This document shows positions 31,901 to 40,985 of a DNA stretch of 64,000 nucleotides, piece by piece (position 1 is the first letter of the stretch; each line of letters begins with the position of its first letter). The notes below the pieces were generated by a model, which was not told the DNA's origin, did not search any database, and worked only from the letters and a program-made list of their open reading frames with translations. The DNA lies in the IMG/VR virus record IMGVR_UViG_3300044811_000010, positions 1-64,000 of that record. One strand, given 5' to 3'. The translations under genes were made by a program, and so were the position numbers. Source of the stretch: a virus.

Positions 31901-34305
31901 AGCGCAAGCGCATCAAGCTGATCAACGACAGGCTCGACGCGGCGAAGAAGGAAGCCGGCACTCACATGGGCTTCAACCCGAACGGGACGGTGAGCGATCA
32001 GCGGGCCAAGGCTCAGGCAGATGCCACGGCCGCTCTGACGGTTGAACAGCGGCGCCTCAACACGGCGTACAACGCACGCGCTGCGGCGGCCCTGAACGTA
32101 GGTCGCGCCGAGCGCGGAATGGGTGCTCTCGCGGGTAAGGCAGCTCAGCAGATGGGAGCCCTCGCGCGCCAGAGCGGCGGCGGTCAGAAGCTGGCCCAGA
32201 CGATCTCGCTGAAGTACGAGAACCCCACCAATGCCGGCAACGTCGCGTCCGCAGCCAAGGCCGCTCTCGGCTCTGGCATCAAGGTCAAGACGGTCATGCA
32301 GATCGTCGCCGACTCGTCGGATGCCGACGCGGCGATCAAGCGCATCCGCTCGATCACGCTGGCGAGGAAGATGCAGCAGGTCGGCATCACCGGCCACAAC
32401 GGCGTGCTGAGCATGCTGAGCGCCATCGACCGTAAGGCGATCAGGCGCAAGATCGCGCGCATCATCGAGAACGGCGGCAACCCCACCATCGACAAGATCA
32501 ACAAGATCATCTCGATGCAGATTCGCGACAAGCCCTTCTCGGTGACGGCCAACGTAAGCCAGGCGCTCGCTCAGATCAGCCTGATGCAGAGCGGCCTGAG
32601 CGCCATCCAGTCCAAGAGCATCGTCATCAGTGCGACCGTCCGCATGAAGGGCTACCCGCACGCTAGCGGCGTAGGCCCCGGCGAGATGGGAACCCACGCG
32701 GCGCTCATCGGCGAGGGCGGCGCCCCGGAGTGGTACTACAACACCAAGCACGGTATCGGCTACAAGACCGCCGGGCCTCAGTTCGCCCGCATCGGACCTG
32801 ACGACGCAGTCATCCCGACCGAGCCGAAGTACAAGACTCGCGGCCGCGCCATCGTCTCTGAGATCGCAAGTGATCTTGGCATGCGCGCATACAAGACGGG
32901 CAAGAAGCCCGCGAAGAAGGCAAGCCCTAAGAAGGCGGCAGGGGCGCCGGGCGCAGTCAAGGTTCCGACAGGTGTCGCACAGGCTCAGCGGCTGGGAGTT
33001 CCCAACGTCTTCAAGAGCGGCGGCGTCGATGAGGGAACGCTGTCGACCGAGCTTGGCAACGCAGTCACCGCGTTCCGCAACCAGAACAGCCGCCTTGACA
33101 CGGCCCGTCAGGCCGAGGCTCGGGCCAAGAAGGCGTACGACCGGGCCAAGGGCGAGAAGTGGGGCGCTGACGGAACCGCCAACGGCGTCAAGCACAAGAA
33201 GGGTCAGCGCAAGCCGGTACCGCAAGGCACCATCGACTCCTACGACCGCGCCAAGCGGATCGCCTACGTCTACGAGAACGGCGGCAGGCTCCCCGGCTCG
33301 CAGATCAGTCTGCCCACCCTCGCGGCCCTGAAGACCGAGGTCAGCGACATCCGCACGGCCGACACGCAGGCGAAGCGCGCCAACCAGAACATCGACCACC
33401 TGACCACGCTCATCGGGCAAGAGCGTACGAACATGAGCAACGCGTCGTCCAGCTACGCGGCGACCGGCGACTCCAAGTACCTCGACGCCTACAACACGGC
33501 CAAGCAGAACCGTGCGGACGACATCACGCAGGTGTCGTCGCTGCTCTCGACGGCCAAGGGGGTCGCCGATGCGCTGACGTCCAAGTACCCCGCCTCGGTT
33601 GTTCTGCAGCAGGTCGCCGACGGCATCAACAGCGCCATCGGCGACGTGCAGAGCTACACCGTTGACAACAACACCGACGCCATCGAGCAGCCCGCTGCCG
33701 CTGACATCCCCGCCTACGACCTGAATTGGCTGCTTGGCGCTGCTGGGCTCACGGATCGCTACAACACCGCCCTCAAGGACGTAGCGGTCGGCAAGATCAA
33801 CAACGTCAGCGACGACCCCAGCACCACGATCCGCGAAGATTTGGCGTCGCTGGCTGACGACCGCGCGGCGTCCGGAGAGATGGTAGGGGTCCTGAAGGAC
33901 GCCTACACAGCGGCGCAGGGAACCGGCAACATCACGGCGATCACCAGCGCGGCCGACGCCTACAGCTCGGCCCTGTCCGACCAGCAGGGAATCGAGCAGC
34001 AGTTCAGCGACGCAGCCGCTGCTGCTGCTGCGGCAGCCGCTCCCGCCGTTTCACAGGATTCGATGCTCAGCTCGGCGCGCGCCGATCTCTACTCCGCCTT
34101 CGGCAGCAACTACAGCCCGGTCTTCGCTGGCGCCCAGAGGGCCGCTGACATGGGCCTCGGAGGCGGGGCATTCGGCCCGAATGCCTCCTCGGACAGCGCC
34201 GGAGGATCCACGAGCGTCATCATCAACAACACCTTCCCGACACCGCCGGCCGACCCGCACACCTGGTCGCAGGGAGTCGGCTGGGAACTGCAGACCGTGA
34301 TCTAG
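28999..34305 (+). CDS. tape measure protein
   Basis: 1768 aa, Ala/Gly-rich helical with hydrophobic segments; synteny. Confidence 0.92.
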   Translation: MDIAHGSVKIDLNDADVVAGLRKVDAEFSRTMDKIGREQAVASINADLAPLTDKVEKAKRKLRELQGEKASARVDANTAELTRKIKNAERELKRLDGRKATLEIKLKGAEKVLAAEAALEAAEHKRAKAAEDAGRRIESSLRQEAAARQRASRENLNRVNSDARVMRSLEDQRVKEQAARMRQVENDARVSVSLERQRVSSMRTAETEAHRMDAAFQKAAYNRDVGSRREVTRILSLQKQYARLTDQLEALSRKHPVGREARAKVNLDATGVVAKMEALKAELNFLGAHPPIDIKADVNKRGLARVQQTVTGFVAGLANKASGLQDLTLRLGPFTTSLRGLGVALGFLGPSITDLLGAAGSLVGVLGAGVAGAAALGAGAVTGLAGDFLGLKFATRNTSQELAQARTSINAYQSAVLKYGAGSDKAIAKQKEMNSVLQQISPLAREAALGTERFFKGWDASTKPTQNNLGTIAKQGFEALNKLRPMWAASTNEMSGELQKALGGAFKFLGGAQGRNLLSGIFGNINAQIPTLLHGLGSLGHAFLNLASAGASNFGSLANGFDHFATSILNFTQQDSFGATVHRWVKDAGDVMRFFGALTRVLVHFFGDGSQAGDRFVNTMTKALNRWDTFLTSVSGRNKVGEFFSNSVAGAQQLYSALKPIIQLFALWSIGLEPAVAAITSIAAWLTNAAASLGKIVGLGNPLATLGTTLGAMFAVSKIGSFVSLLARAAGLIKDMAAAGGAAGVLKGVMGGGLLGGLKGGGGIVTAAEAGANAMRAAIISGATVGAAELRAAMVEGGAVGAAEGGAGGGIVGAAKKLILPSGFAAEAAGAEAAIGGISIAAGAATIGVLALGGGLIYLGLSLDHHKTAVDRVNDALKENAKSLQSDATYTRLSAGAQDNAAKSRHQAAASIKALRTEMQNATKGTVAYRDLQLKLYDANQKLKNSTDAGVESAHHNHDAAQQTIDDERKRIKLINDRLDAAKKEAGTHMGFNPNGTVSDQRAKAQADATAALTVEQRRLNTAYNARAAAALNVGRAERGMGALAGKAAQQMGALARQSGGGQKLAQTISLKYENPTNAGNVASAAKAALGSGIKVKTVMQIVADSSDADAAIKRIRSITLARKMQQVGITGHNGVLSMLSAIDRKAIRRKIARIIENGGNPTIDKINKIISMQIRDKPFSVTANVSQALAQISLMQSGLSAIQSKSIVISATVRMKGYPHASGVGPGEMGTHAALIGEGGAPEWYYNTKHGIGYKTAGPQFARIGPDDAVIPTEPKYKTRGRAIVSEIASDLGMRAYKTGKKPAKKASPKKAAGAPGAVKVPTGVAQAQRLGVPNVFKSGGVDEGTLSTELGNAVTAFRNQNSRLDTARQAEARAKKAYDRAKGEKWGADGTANGVKHKKGQRKPVPQGTIDSYDRAKRIAYVYENGGRLPGSQISLPTLAALKTEVSDIRTADTQAKRANQNIDHLTTLIGQERTNMSNASSSYAATGDSKYLDAYNTAKQNRADDITQVSSLLSTAKGVADALTSKYPASVVLQQVADGINSAIGDVQSYTVDNNTDAIEQPAAADIPAYDLNWLLGAAGLTDRYNTALKDVAVGKINNVSDDPSTTIREDLASLADDRAASGEMVGVLKDAYTAAQGTGNITAITSAADAYSSALSDQQGIEQQFSDAAAAAAAAAAPAVSQDSMLSSARADLYSAFGSNYSPVFAGAQRAADMGLGGGAFGPNASSDSAGGSTSVIINNTFPTPPADPHTWSQGVGWELQTVI

Positions 34306-34315
34306 GCTGTAGCTG

Positions 34316-35209
34316 ATGAGTTTCGTCTACCCCAACGGCCCTGAGTACGGAGTCCCGTATGTCCTCACCGGACCCGACGGGTCGCGAGCGGTCTTCAACG
34401 ACCAGACCGACGCCGACTACGTGGGGGCGCTGACCGACGCCACCGGCTTCGACTCGCCCGAGGTCCGCGAGTCGGCCGACAACCTCGTCGGCATGGACGG
34501 AGGCATCCATGGCAGCTTCTACTACGGCCGCCGCCCCGTAACGCTGAGCGGCACGGTCTACAACGTAGCGACGGACGCCGTTCGCAACACTCGTCTGACC
34601 AAGCTGCAGCAGGCCAGCAACGCCGTGCGAGGCGACGCAACCCTGTCGTGGACGCCCGGTGGCGGCGTCGCGCAGCAGATCAAGGTTCGGCGACAGCAGC
34701 CGCTCCGCATCTCCGGCGGCTGGGTCAAGGACTTCCAGCTCAGCCTCGTGGCCGCCGACCCGCGCATCTACTCGGCCGTGCTCCACACGCAGAGCGTAGC
34801 GGCCTCCGGAACCCCGACCCCCAGCGGCCGTGGGTACGCCAAGGCGTACCCGGTCGTCTACGGCGGCGGCAGCATCCTCGGCCAGATGTTCGTAGTCAAC
34901 AGCGGATCGGCGCTGTCCTACCCGATCCTTACCTTCACTGGGCCGGGTTCAAACCCTAGCGCTCTAAACTTGACGACCGGCGAGCGCATTTCGCTGATCT
35001 ACACGCTCGGCGCGGGCGACACCCTCACCGTAGACACCCTGAACCGGACTGTGGTCCTGAACGGCACGGCGTCTCGATACTCGGCTATTGACTTCACGAA
35101 CACCGCTTGGTGGGGCTTGGTTCCGGGCTCCAACGACGTGCGACTGTCGTGGGGAGCGTACACAGCCGGGGCGAGCCTCACGGTACAGTACAGGGACGCT
35201 TGGCTCTAA
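34316..35209 (+). CDS. distal tail (Dit-like) protein
   Basis: DG....F.G.R.VTL.G, L.A.DP..YS, W..L.PG.N motifs. Confidence 0.8.
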   Translation: MSFVYPNGPEYGVPYVLTGPDGSRAVFNDQTDADYVGALTDATGFDSPEVRESADNLVGMDGGIHGSFYYGRRPVTLSGTVYNVATDAVRNTRLTKLQQASNAVRGDATLSWTPGGGVAQQIKVRRQQPLRISGGWVKDFQLSLVAADPRIYSAVLHTQSVAASGTPTPSGRGYAKAYPVVYGGGSILGQMFVVNSGSALSYPILTFTGPGSNPSALNLTTGERISLIYTLGAGDTLTVDTLNRTVVLNGTASRYSAIDFTNTAWWGLVPGSNDVRLSWGAYTAGASLTVQYRDAWL

Positions 35210-35237
35210 CGAGCGCCGCGACCGGAGTCACTAGAAC

Positions 35238-36185
35238 ATGGCACTTCTCACACCCGAGTATCTGCAGACCAAGACCTACGCGGCCTCCAAGGACCGCTAC
35301 GCTTGGGCCACTTCGGCACTGCAGGCTGGCGTCTACGCGGCGACTGACTTTCTCGTAGTACAGCACACCGGAACGGCCAACATGACGGTCGACATCGGTG
35401 CGGGGGCGGCTTGGGTTGCTGGCACGTCGGTAGCTCGCCAGGGCCTCTACCACATCGTCAACGACGCGGCCGTGCTGTCGGCCGTTACGCTCAACGCCTC
35501 GAACGTCACCAACCCGCGCCTCGACAAGATCTACGTCGTGATTCACGACTCGACCGACGCGGGTTCGTCTGACGACATCCCCGTGTTCGGCGTCGCGACC
35601 GGGACTCCGGTAGGCGGCACCACGCTCGACAACGGCAACACCAACGGCTCGGCTGCCGCCCTGCCGGCCAACGCCCTGCTGCTGGCTGACGTGCTCGTAC
35701 CCGCGTCTTCTACGACCGTCACGACGGCCAATATTCGCGACCGTCGGGCATGGGCTCGCGGTGCCAATTGGAGCACTATCCGCAACAACGCCGGAGGCGA
35801 CTACATCGTAACGGTGACGACCATGACGGCGTTGGACACTACGAATCTTCGTGCGCGCATCGAATGCACAGGTAACCCAATCAAGCTTACCCTGACCGGG
35901 GCTGCTGCTGCGCCTTCGACCGGCCAAGGCGCGCTTGGTTTTATGGTAGACGGCACGGTCTATGCGTCGGGCGAAGGCGCACCGCACGCTCTGAACCTCG
36001 GGAACTCGGCTCTTTCCGTTCCGTTCGGATTTTCGGACGTAGTCATCCCGGCGGCTGGCTCACATGTCTTCGATGCTGCCGCAGCATCGGGGGCTGGCAC
36101 GGGATTCCGCGTCTACGCCCAGGCTGGTATTCTTCTGCGGTTCGCCGTGGAGGAGATCGTACGACAGAACGCGAACAACAACTGA
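35238..36185 (+). CDS. minor tail protein
   Basis: NPRLD...V..D, ALLLA.V.V....I.D.R motifs typical of actinophage minor tail proteins. Confidence 0.7.
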   Translation: MALLTPEYLQTKTYAASKDRYAWATSALQAGVYAATDFLVVQHTGTANMTVDIGAGAAWVAGTSVARQGLYHIVNDAAVLSAVTLNASNVTNPRLDKIYVVIHDSTDAGSSDDIPVFGVATGTPVGGTTLDNGNTNGSAAALPANALLLADVLVPASSTTVTTANIRDRRAWARGANWSTIRNNAGGDYIVTVTTMTALDTTNLRARIECTGNPIKLTLTGAAAAPSTGQGALGFMVDGTVYASGEGAPHALNLGNSALSVPFGFSDVVIPAAGSHVFDAAAASGAGTGFRVYAQAGILLRFAVEEIVRQNANNN

Positions 36186-36523
36186 TGCCCTACCTACGAG
36201 ATGCACACACCAGCGAGGCGATCTTCGAGGGCACCCCCGAGGAGCTTGCCCTGCTCGCCAACGAGCTTGGTCGCGACGAAGTTCTGTTCGACGGAGTCGG
36301 CCTCGCATTCGACCCTGACGCGGTACTCTCCGCCCGGCAGGAGAACATCGACGCCAACAAGAAGCTGGCGGCTTCGACGGCCAAGGCCATCACTGCTGAC
36401 ATCAAGGACGCGGCGAAGGCTGCCGTTGCAGCCGCAACGGAGCAGGAAGACAACGTCAAGGCCGCCGCTCCCGACGCCCAGACGCTGCTGGACGAAGCAC
36501 GAGCGCGCCGTGAGGCGGGCTAG
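36185..36523 (+). CDS. hypothetical protein
   Basis: coupled ORF. Confidence 0.6.
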   Translation: MPYLRDAHTSEAIFEGTPEELALLANELGRDEVLFDGVGLAFDPDAVLSARQENIDANKKLAASTAKAITADIKDAAKAAVAAATEQEDNVKAAAPDAQTLLDEARARREAG

Positions 36524-36526
36524 CGT

Positions 36527-37651
36527 GTGGCTGTCTGGTCCTTCCAACTGACGGACCTGAACTTCCTGCCACTCGGGGAAGTTCTCAACGCACCGACGCG
36601 TAGCGTGGTGCTGCCGCTGAACAAGGTACCGACGGCGAGCCTCGTCGTTCGACTCGATAACCCCCTCGCCCCGATCATGGCGAGTGGCCTCGGCTACATC
36701 AAGGCGTACCGCAACGCGGCCTTGCAGTTCTTCGGACCCATCGTCACCGCTGAGATCGACGCAACCCGCGAGGACGCCACTCTCGCCGTCAACGCCGCCG
36801 GGGTCGCTTGGAACCTCGCGCACCGGCTGGCCGGCAAGACCGTCGCCGGAATCTCGTTCGCCTCGGCCGACCGGGCCGTGATCAGCAAGAGCCTGATCGA
36901 CACAGCGAACGGTGAAGACGAGACGCACATCGACACGTCGCTGGTGTCTCCCGCGTACCAGTCGTCCAACGGAACCTCGATCTCCGCCAACTCCGCGACC
37001 GCGTACGCGGCGAGCCCCTTCAAGCCCATCTCCGAGTGCCTGCTCGACCTCGCAGGGACGCTTGACGGCTTCGACTGGCGCGTGACCCCGCTAGAGAACT
37101 ACGTCAACAACGCCGTCATCTCTCAGAAGATCGGGCGCTTCGAGGCGTACCCGGTCATGGGCATCGCTCAGCCTGAAGCGGTCTTCGAGTGGGGCACCGG
37201 CCGCAACAACGTCGTTTCGTTCAAGCGCACGCTGTCGCGCGACACGCAGGCCAACAAGGTCTACAACTACACCAGCGCTGGGCCGGACGCTCCCGGCGCG
37301 CCCACCGTCGTCCAGACCGACGCGACCAGCATCACGACGTGGGACTTGATGGAGGCTCTAGCTCAGGCCGACATCCTCGATAACACGCTGCGCCAGCGCC
37401 TCGTAGACGAGCACGTCCGAGTGCGCAAGGGGCCTCGCCAGGTAGTCGAGTTCCAGCCTCACTTGGACGACGGGCGAGGCAGGGTGCCTCAGTATGGCAC
37501 CGACTTCCTCGTCGGCGACAGCCTGCGGGGCCGCATCTGCTACAACGGCTCGATGATCCTCGACGCCGCTGTGCGCTGCTGGGGCGCCCAGTTCGACATC
37601 AGCTCCGAGAATCAGGAGTCGATCACACTCACACTGTCGGATGACACCTGA
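36527..37651 (+). CDS. minor tail / baseplate hub-like protein
   Basis: 374 aa; YG.DF.VGD C-terminal motif; synteny. Confidence 0.72.
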   Translation: MAVWSFQLTDLNFLPLGEVLNAPTRSVVLPLNKVPTASLVVRLDNPLAPIMASGLGYIKAYRNAALQFFGPIVTAEIDATREDATLAVNAAGVAWNLAHRLAGKTVAGISFASADRAVISKSLIDTANGEDETHIDTSLVSPAYQSSNGTSISANSATAYAASPFKPISECLLDLAGTLDGFDWRVTPLENYVNNAVISQKIGRFEAYPVMGIAQPEAVFEWGTGRNNVVSFKRTLSRDTQANKVYNYTSAGPDAPGAPTVVQTDATSITTWDLMEALAQADILDNTLRQRLVDEHVRVRKGPRQVVEFQPHLDDGRGRVPQYGTDFLVGDSLRGRICYNGSMILDAAVRCWGAQFDISSENQESITLTLSDDT

Positions 37652-37881
37652 TGCCGACGCTGCTGGAACCCCGCGCCATCGACTCGGACGCCCGGCTGGC
37701 CCAGAAGATCGCTGCCTTGGAGCAGCGAATCAACGACTTGGAGCGAACACAGGCCAGCATCCCCGTCGTCGGCGGTGCCCCGACTTCAGTGTCGGGCGAC
37801 GGTCAGATGGCCGGCGATTCCGTCAACACCCGTCTGTGGCTCCGCGTCAGTGGCACATGGCGCTACGTGACGCTAACCTAG
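37651..37881 (+). CDS. small tail-associated protein
   Basis: coiled coil ALEQRINDLER, then LW.RV.G.W. Confidence 0.6.
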   Translation: MPTLLEPRAIDSDARLAQKIAALEQRINDLERTQASIPVVGGAPTSVSGDGQMAGDSVNTRLWLRVSGTWRYVTLT

Positions 37882-37897
37882 CTGGTACACTAGAGCC

Positions 37898-38416
37898 ATG
37901 GCTCGCAGCCGCCTGAGCATCCTCTACCCGGCCTACCACACCGTCACCTTCGACGGCGTGCCGATGTTCCGCGCGCAGGCGTGGGCGCTGCTGGACGCTC
38001 GTCGCTCAGGGGTTCGCTTCTCAGTGGCCTCGGCCGACAGGCGACAGGGCGTGGCCGAGAAGTACGGCCACCAGTCGCAGTTCGCGCTGTATCAGGGATG
38101 GCTTCGCCGCCTTCCCGGCTACTACCCGGCAAACCCGCCCGGCTACAGCTCCCACGAGCTGCGCTCGGATGGAAGCGCCGTCTACCGAGTCCGGCGCGGA
38201 GCTGCGATTCCGAAGTTCATGCTGGGAATCGACGCCAACGACGCTGGGGCCTCGAACTCCTGCGAACATCTGGTCCGGTGGCTCAACGCTCACGGCTACC
38301 ACGCAGTCCGACCCTACAGCGCAGGCTCGGAAGCTCACCACTTCAGCTTCACCAAGTCTCCCGCGTATAACGCGCGACGCCGCATCGCGGCGCAGAACCG
38401 AAAGGCACGACGATGA
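37898..38416 (+). CDS. endolysin, M15-like Zn peptidase
   Basis: R...Q..LY, ANPPGYSSHE, D, E.HH; leaderless TACACT-N6-ATG. Confidence 0.75.
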   Translation: MARSRLSILYPAYHTVTFDGVPMFRAQAWALLDARRSGVRFSVASADRRQGVAEKYGHQSQFALYQGWLRRLPGYYPANPPGYSSHELRSDGSAVYRVRRGAAIPKFMLGIDANDAGASNSCEHLVRWLNAHGYHAVRPYSAGSEAHHFSFTKSPAYNARRRIAAQNRKARR

Positions 38417-38943
38417 GCCTCGCATCAGACCTCAGGCTGGCTGCACGCGCTAAGCTGCACGGCGCAAACTACGCGCTCCGCATCATTCGCGAATCACGCG
38501 GCCACGGCATTCCGATCAGCGCGGGCTTCGCGTTGGTTCAGAAGGAGACGTATTTCCGCAACATCTTCGGCCACGACGGCACCACGTCGATCCCGAACTC
38601 GTGGAAGGGCGGCGCAGTCACCAAGAGCCGCTACGCCTACTACAAGGCGCGCCGTCCCACGCACGGCATGCAGGGCGTCGGGCCGACGCAGTTGACGTGG
38701 TACAGCTTCCAGGATGAGGCCGACAAGCTTGGCGGCTGCTGGCGCCCCGGCATCAACATCCACGTCGGACTGCGCAACTTCTCCGCGTCCTTCAAGACCT
38801 ACGTCGCACGAGGACAGACCCGCCGCACGGCGCTGCAGTCGGCAGCTCACGACTACAACGGCACGGGCGCGGCGGCTGACGCTTACGGCCGCGACTTCCT
38901 TGTCCAGATGGACAAGTGGCACAACATCCTGAACACCAAGTAG
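38413..38943 (+). CDS. endolysin, lysozyme/lytic transglycosylase-like
   Basis: ALVQKET, G.GPTQL, NI..G and YNG motifs. Confidence 0.75.
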   Translation: MSLASDLRLAARAKLHGANYALRIIRESRGHGIPISAGFALVQKETYFRNIFGHDGTTSIPNSWKGGAVTKSRYAYYKARRPTHGMQGVGPTQLTWYSFQDEADKLGGCWRPGINIHVGLRNFSASFKTYVARGQTRRTALQSAAHDYNGTGAAADAYGRDFLVQMDKWHNILNTK

Positions 38944-38954
38944 AGGAGATCCTC

Positions 38955-39266
38955 ATGGCAACGACCCCCACACCTACGCAGGACGCAACCGAGGTAGCCG
39001 GCATCCTCACGCAAGACGCCAAGCTCGGCACGCCTGTCGTCAACACGTTTCTCCATGACGCTCCTGTCGTCATCGCAGACGTGAAGGCGGGCTACAAGAC
39101 GACCGAGTTCTGGATCGCCGGCATCGGCATCCTGCTCACGCAGCTCGGGGCTCTCCATCTGCCCGGCAAGTACGGGGACACGATCACCACGGCCGCGCTC
39201 GCGCTGTCGTACATCCTGTCTCGCGGCTTCGCCAAGGCAGGTGCTTCCAAGGGAGTCGTGGCCTAG
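38955..39266 (+). CDS. holin
   Basis: GYKTTEFW motif, two TM helices, follows the lysins. Confidence 0.8.
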   Translation: MATTPTPTQDATEVAGILTQDAKLGTPVVNTFLHDAPVVIADVKAGYKTTEFWIAGIGILLTQLGALHLPGKYGDTITTAALALSYILSRGFAKAGASKGVVA

Positions 39267-39315
39267 GGCAGCCGCCACGCTCCCTCGTCCGAGGGGGTGG
39301 TCCTAAATCTCGCTC

Positions 39316-39337
39316 AGAGCCCGCTTCGGCGGGCTCT
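39316..39337 (+). terminator. hairpin terminator after the lysis cassette
   Basis: AGAGCCCGC-TTCG-GCGGGCTCT. Confidence 0.7.
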
Positions 39338-39353
39338 CTGCGTGCTGGTGGGC

Positions 39354-39382
39354 TTGCGTCCCTAGGGTTGCTGTGGTAGCCT
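39354..39382 (+). promoter_or_regulatory. SigA-type leaderless promoter
   Basis: TTGCGT-N17-TAGCCT-N6-GTG. Confidence 0.6.
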
Positions 39383-39388
39383 CGCGGG

Positions 39389-39583
39389 GTGAGCCATTCT
39401 GGAACCAAGAACAGGCACCAGCGCATCACCGCGCGAATGGGCCGTAAGAAGTTCCGGGCCGCCGAGAAGCGAGTGCTGCATGGCGATAACATCCGCACGA
39501 GCAGATACTCGCACCGATGGGGCGGAATGGGCGCGATGAAGCAGGACGACATCCCGATTGACCCTAAGGAGGAAACACCATGA
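39389..39583 (+). CDS. small basic protein
   Basis: leaderless start, Arg/Lys-rich. Confidence 0.55.
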   Translation: MSHSGTKNRHQRITARMGRKKFRAAEKRVLHGDNIRTSRYSHRWGGMGAMKQDDIPIDPKEETP

Positions 39584-39720
39584 AGATCCGTCGCCAGCGC
39601 AACGCCAACAAGCGCCTCGCCGTCCGTCAAGCGGGCCACGACACCCGCAAGAGCGCGGGCTCGGTCAACCCCAAGGCGTTCACGCGGCCGGGCTCTCAGA
39701 ACCCGCACAAGCAGGGATGA
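39580..39720 (+). CDS. small basic protein (not in ORF track)
   Basis: AAGGAGG SD; MKIRRQRN... 46 aa; ATGA overlaps at both ends. Confidence 0.55.
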   Translation: MKIRRQRNANKRLAVRQAGHDTRKSAGSVNPKAFTRPGSQNPHKQG

Positions 39721-40100
39721 TGCACCACGTTCTCGTCACGGGCGACCGAAACTGGACCGACGCTTGGGCCGTCAGCACCCAGATTCTGCGCCTCGTGGAC
39801 ACCCACGGCGCTCGAAACGTCCTCTTGATCGCCGGCGGCTGCCGAGGACTGGACCTCATGGCCGAGAAGATCGCCAAGGACCACGGAATCCATGTGGCGC
39901 GCATCGACGCGCTCTGGGACTCCTACCACCGGGGCGCGGGGCCAATCCGCAACGGCGTCATGCTGACGCTTCACCCGAACGAGGTTCTCGCCTTCCATAA
40001 CGACATCGAGAACAGCTCAGGCACCGCCAACTGCATCAAGCAGGCTCGGGAACTTGGGGCTGATATCACGATGATCACTTCAGAGACGCGGCCCGGATGA
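39717..40100 (+). CDS. SLOG-family (DUF2493/YspA-like) protein
   Basis: VLVTG.RNW.D, GG.RG.D, AGPIRN..M and S.GT motifs. Confidence 0.8.
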   Translation: MMHHVLVTGDRNWTDAWAVSTQILRLVDTHGARNVLLIAGGCRGLDLMAEKIAKDHGIHVARIDALWDSYHRGAGPIRNGVMLTLHPNEVLAFHNDIENSSGTANCIKQARELGADITMITSETRPG

Positions 40101-40588
40101 CCGGCTACCGGACGTGCGAGCGTTGCCCTCTGCCGCTGACGTGGTGGGAGCGGCTCCGCAACCTCACGCTCTGCGCCGACTGTCGACGCTGGGGTCGCTG
40201 ATGCAGGGTCCGCATTTCATCCACCTGACGAACGCCTATGTCGAAGCTCTAGGCTTGGAGAAGTTCGTCTACCAGCACTCTGGGCGCTACAGTTGTGTCT
40301 TCATCACCGAGGACTCGGTGTTACCTTTCGAAGCTCGTGGGTTCGATCTGGCCGTCGCCTACAACCACTGTCTGTACCTGCGGGCTTCTGACGGGCTCTC
40401 ATGGGACCTCAAGCGATGATCACTGACACGACCCGCGTCGTGGCCGAGATGATGGACGGCGTCAACAAGATGACCGGCGCCCCTCCCGACGCAATCATCG
40501 ACATCGCCCGGCACGCGACTAAGCGCGCTGGTCTGGATGACGATACTGTGGACGAGGCGCTCCGCTACCTGCGCGAGCAGGATCGGCT

Positions 40589-40843
40589 GTGAGCCACCCC
40601 TCGAAGACCATTCGAGGAAAGCGCCGCAAGCTGGTCCGGCTGCTCGTGCGCGACGGCTTCAACTGCCACATCTGCAAGGAACCCCTGAACCTCCGGGCCG
40701 AGAACAACGCTCCTGACCAGCCCTCCATTGACCACGTTCTGCCCCGAAGCGAGGGCGGAGGCCACGAGCTGTCGAACCTGAGGCTGGCTCATCGCGAGTG
40801 CAACTCGCGGCGAGGTAGTGCGCCAATCGAACCTGTACTATAG
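40589..40843 (+). CDS. HNH endonuclease
   Basis: RDG..CHIC, IDHV.P...GG....NL..AH..CN. Confidence 0.9.
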   Translation: MSHPSKTIRGKRRKLVRLLVRDGFNCHICKEPLNLRAENNAPDQPSIDHVLPRSEGGGHELSNLRLAHRECNSRRGSAPIEPVL

Positions 40844-40847
40844 GTCC

Positions 40848-40985
40848 GTGATCATTGCAGCCCTCCTTGCCGTCGTAATCGCCGCCCTCGTCTACTGGGT
40901 GGCTGTCCGCCTTGGGCTCCCGCAGCTCATCGCCATCATCGCTGCGATCCTAGTGATCCTAGGGATTCTTGGGCCGTACACCTAA
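40848..40985 (+). CDS. small membrane protein (not in ORF track)
   Basis: TACTAT-N6-GTG; 45-aa hydrophobic ORF. Confidence 0.5.
   Translation: MIIAALLAVVIAALVYWVAVRLGLPQLIAIIAAILVILGILGPYT

Noticed and set aside
30031-33420. Long antisense ORFs (also 4532-5839, 5785-7005, 7927-9825, 19530-20771, 20915-22510, 26836-28020, 41135-42238, 49299-50441)
   Set aside because: Shadow frames of real genes, expected in high-GC DNA; no motifs.
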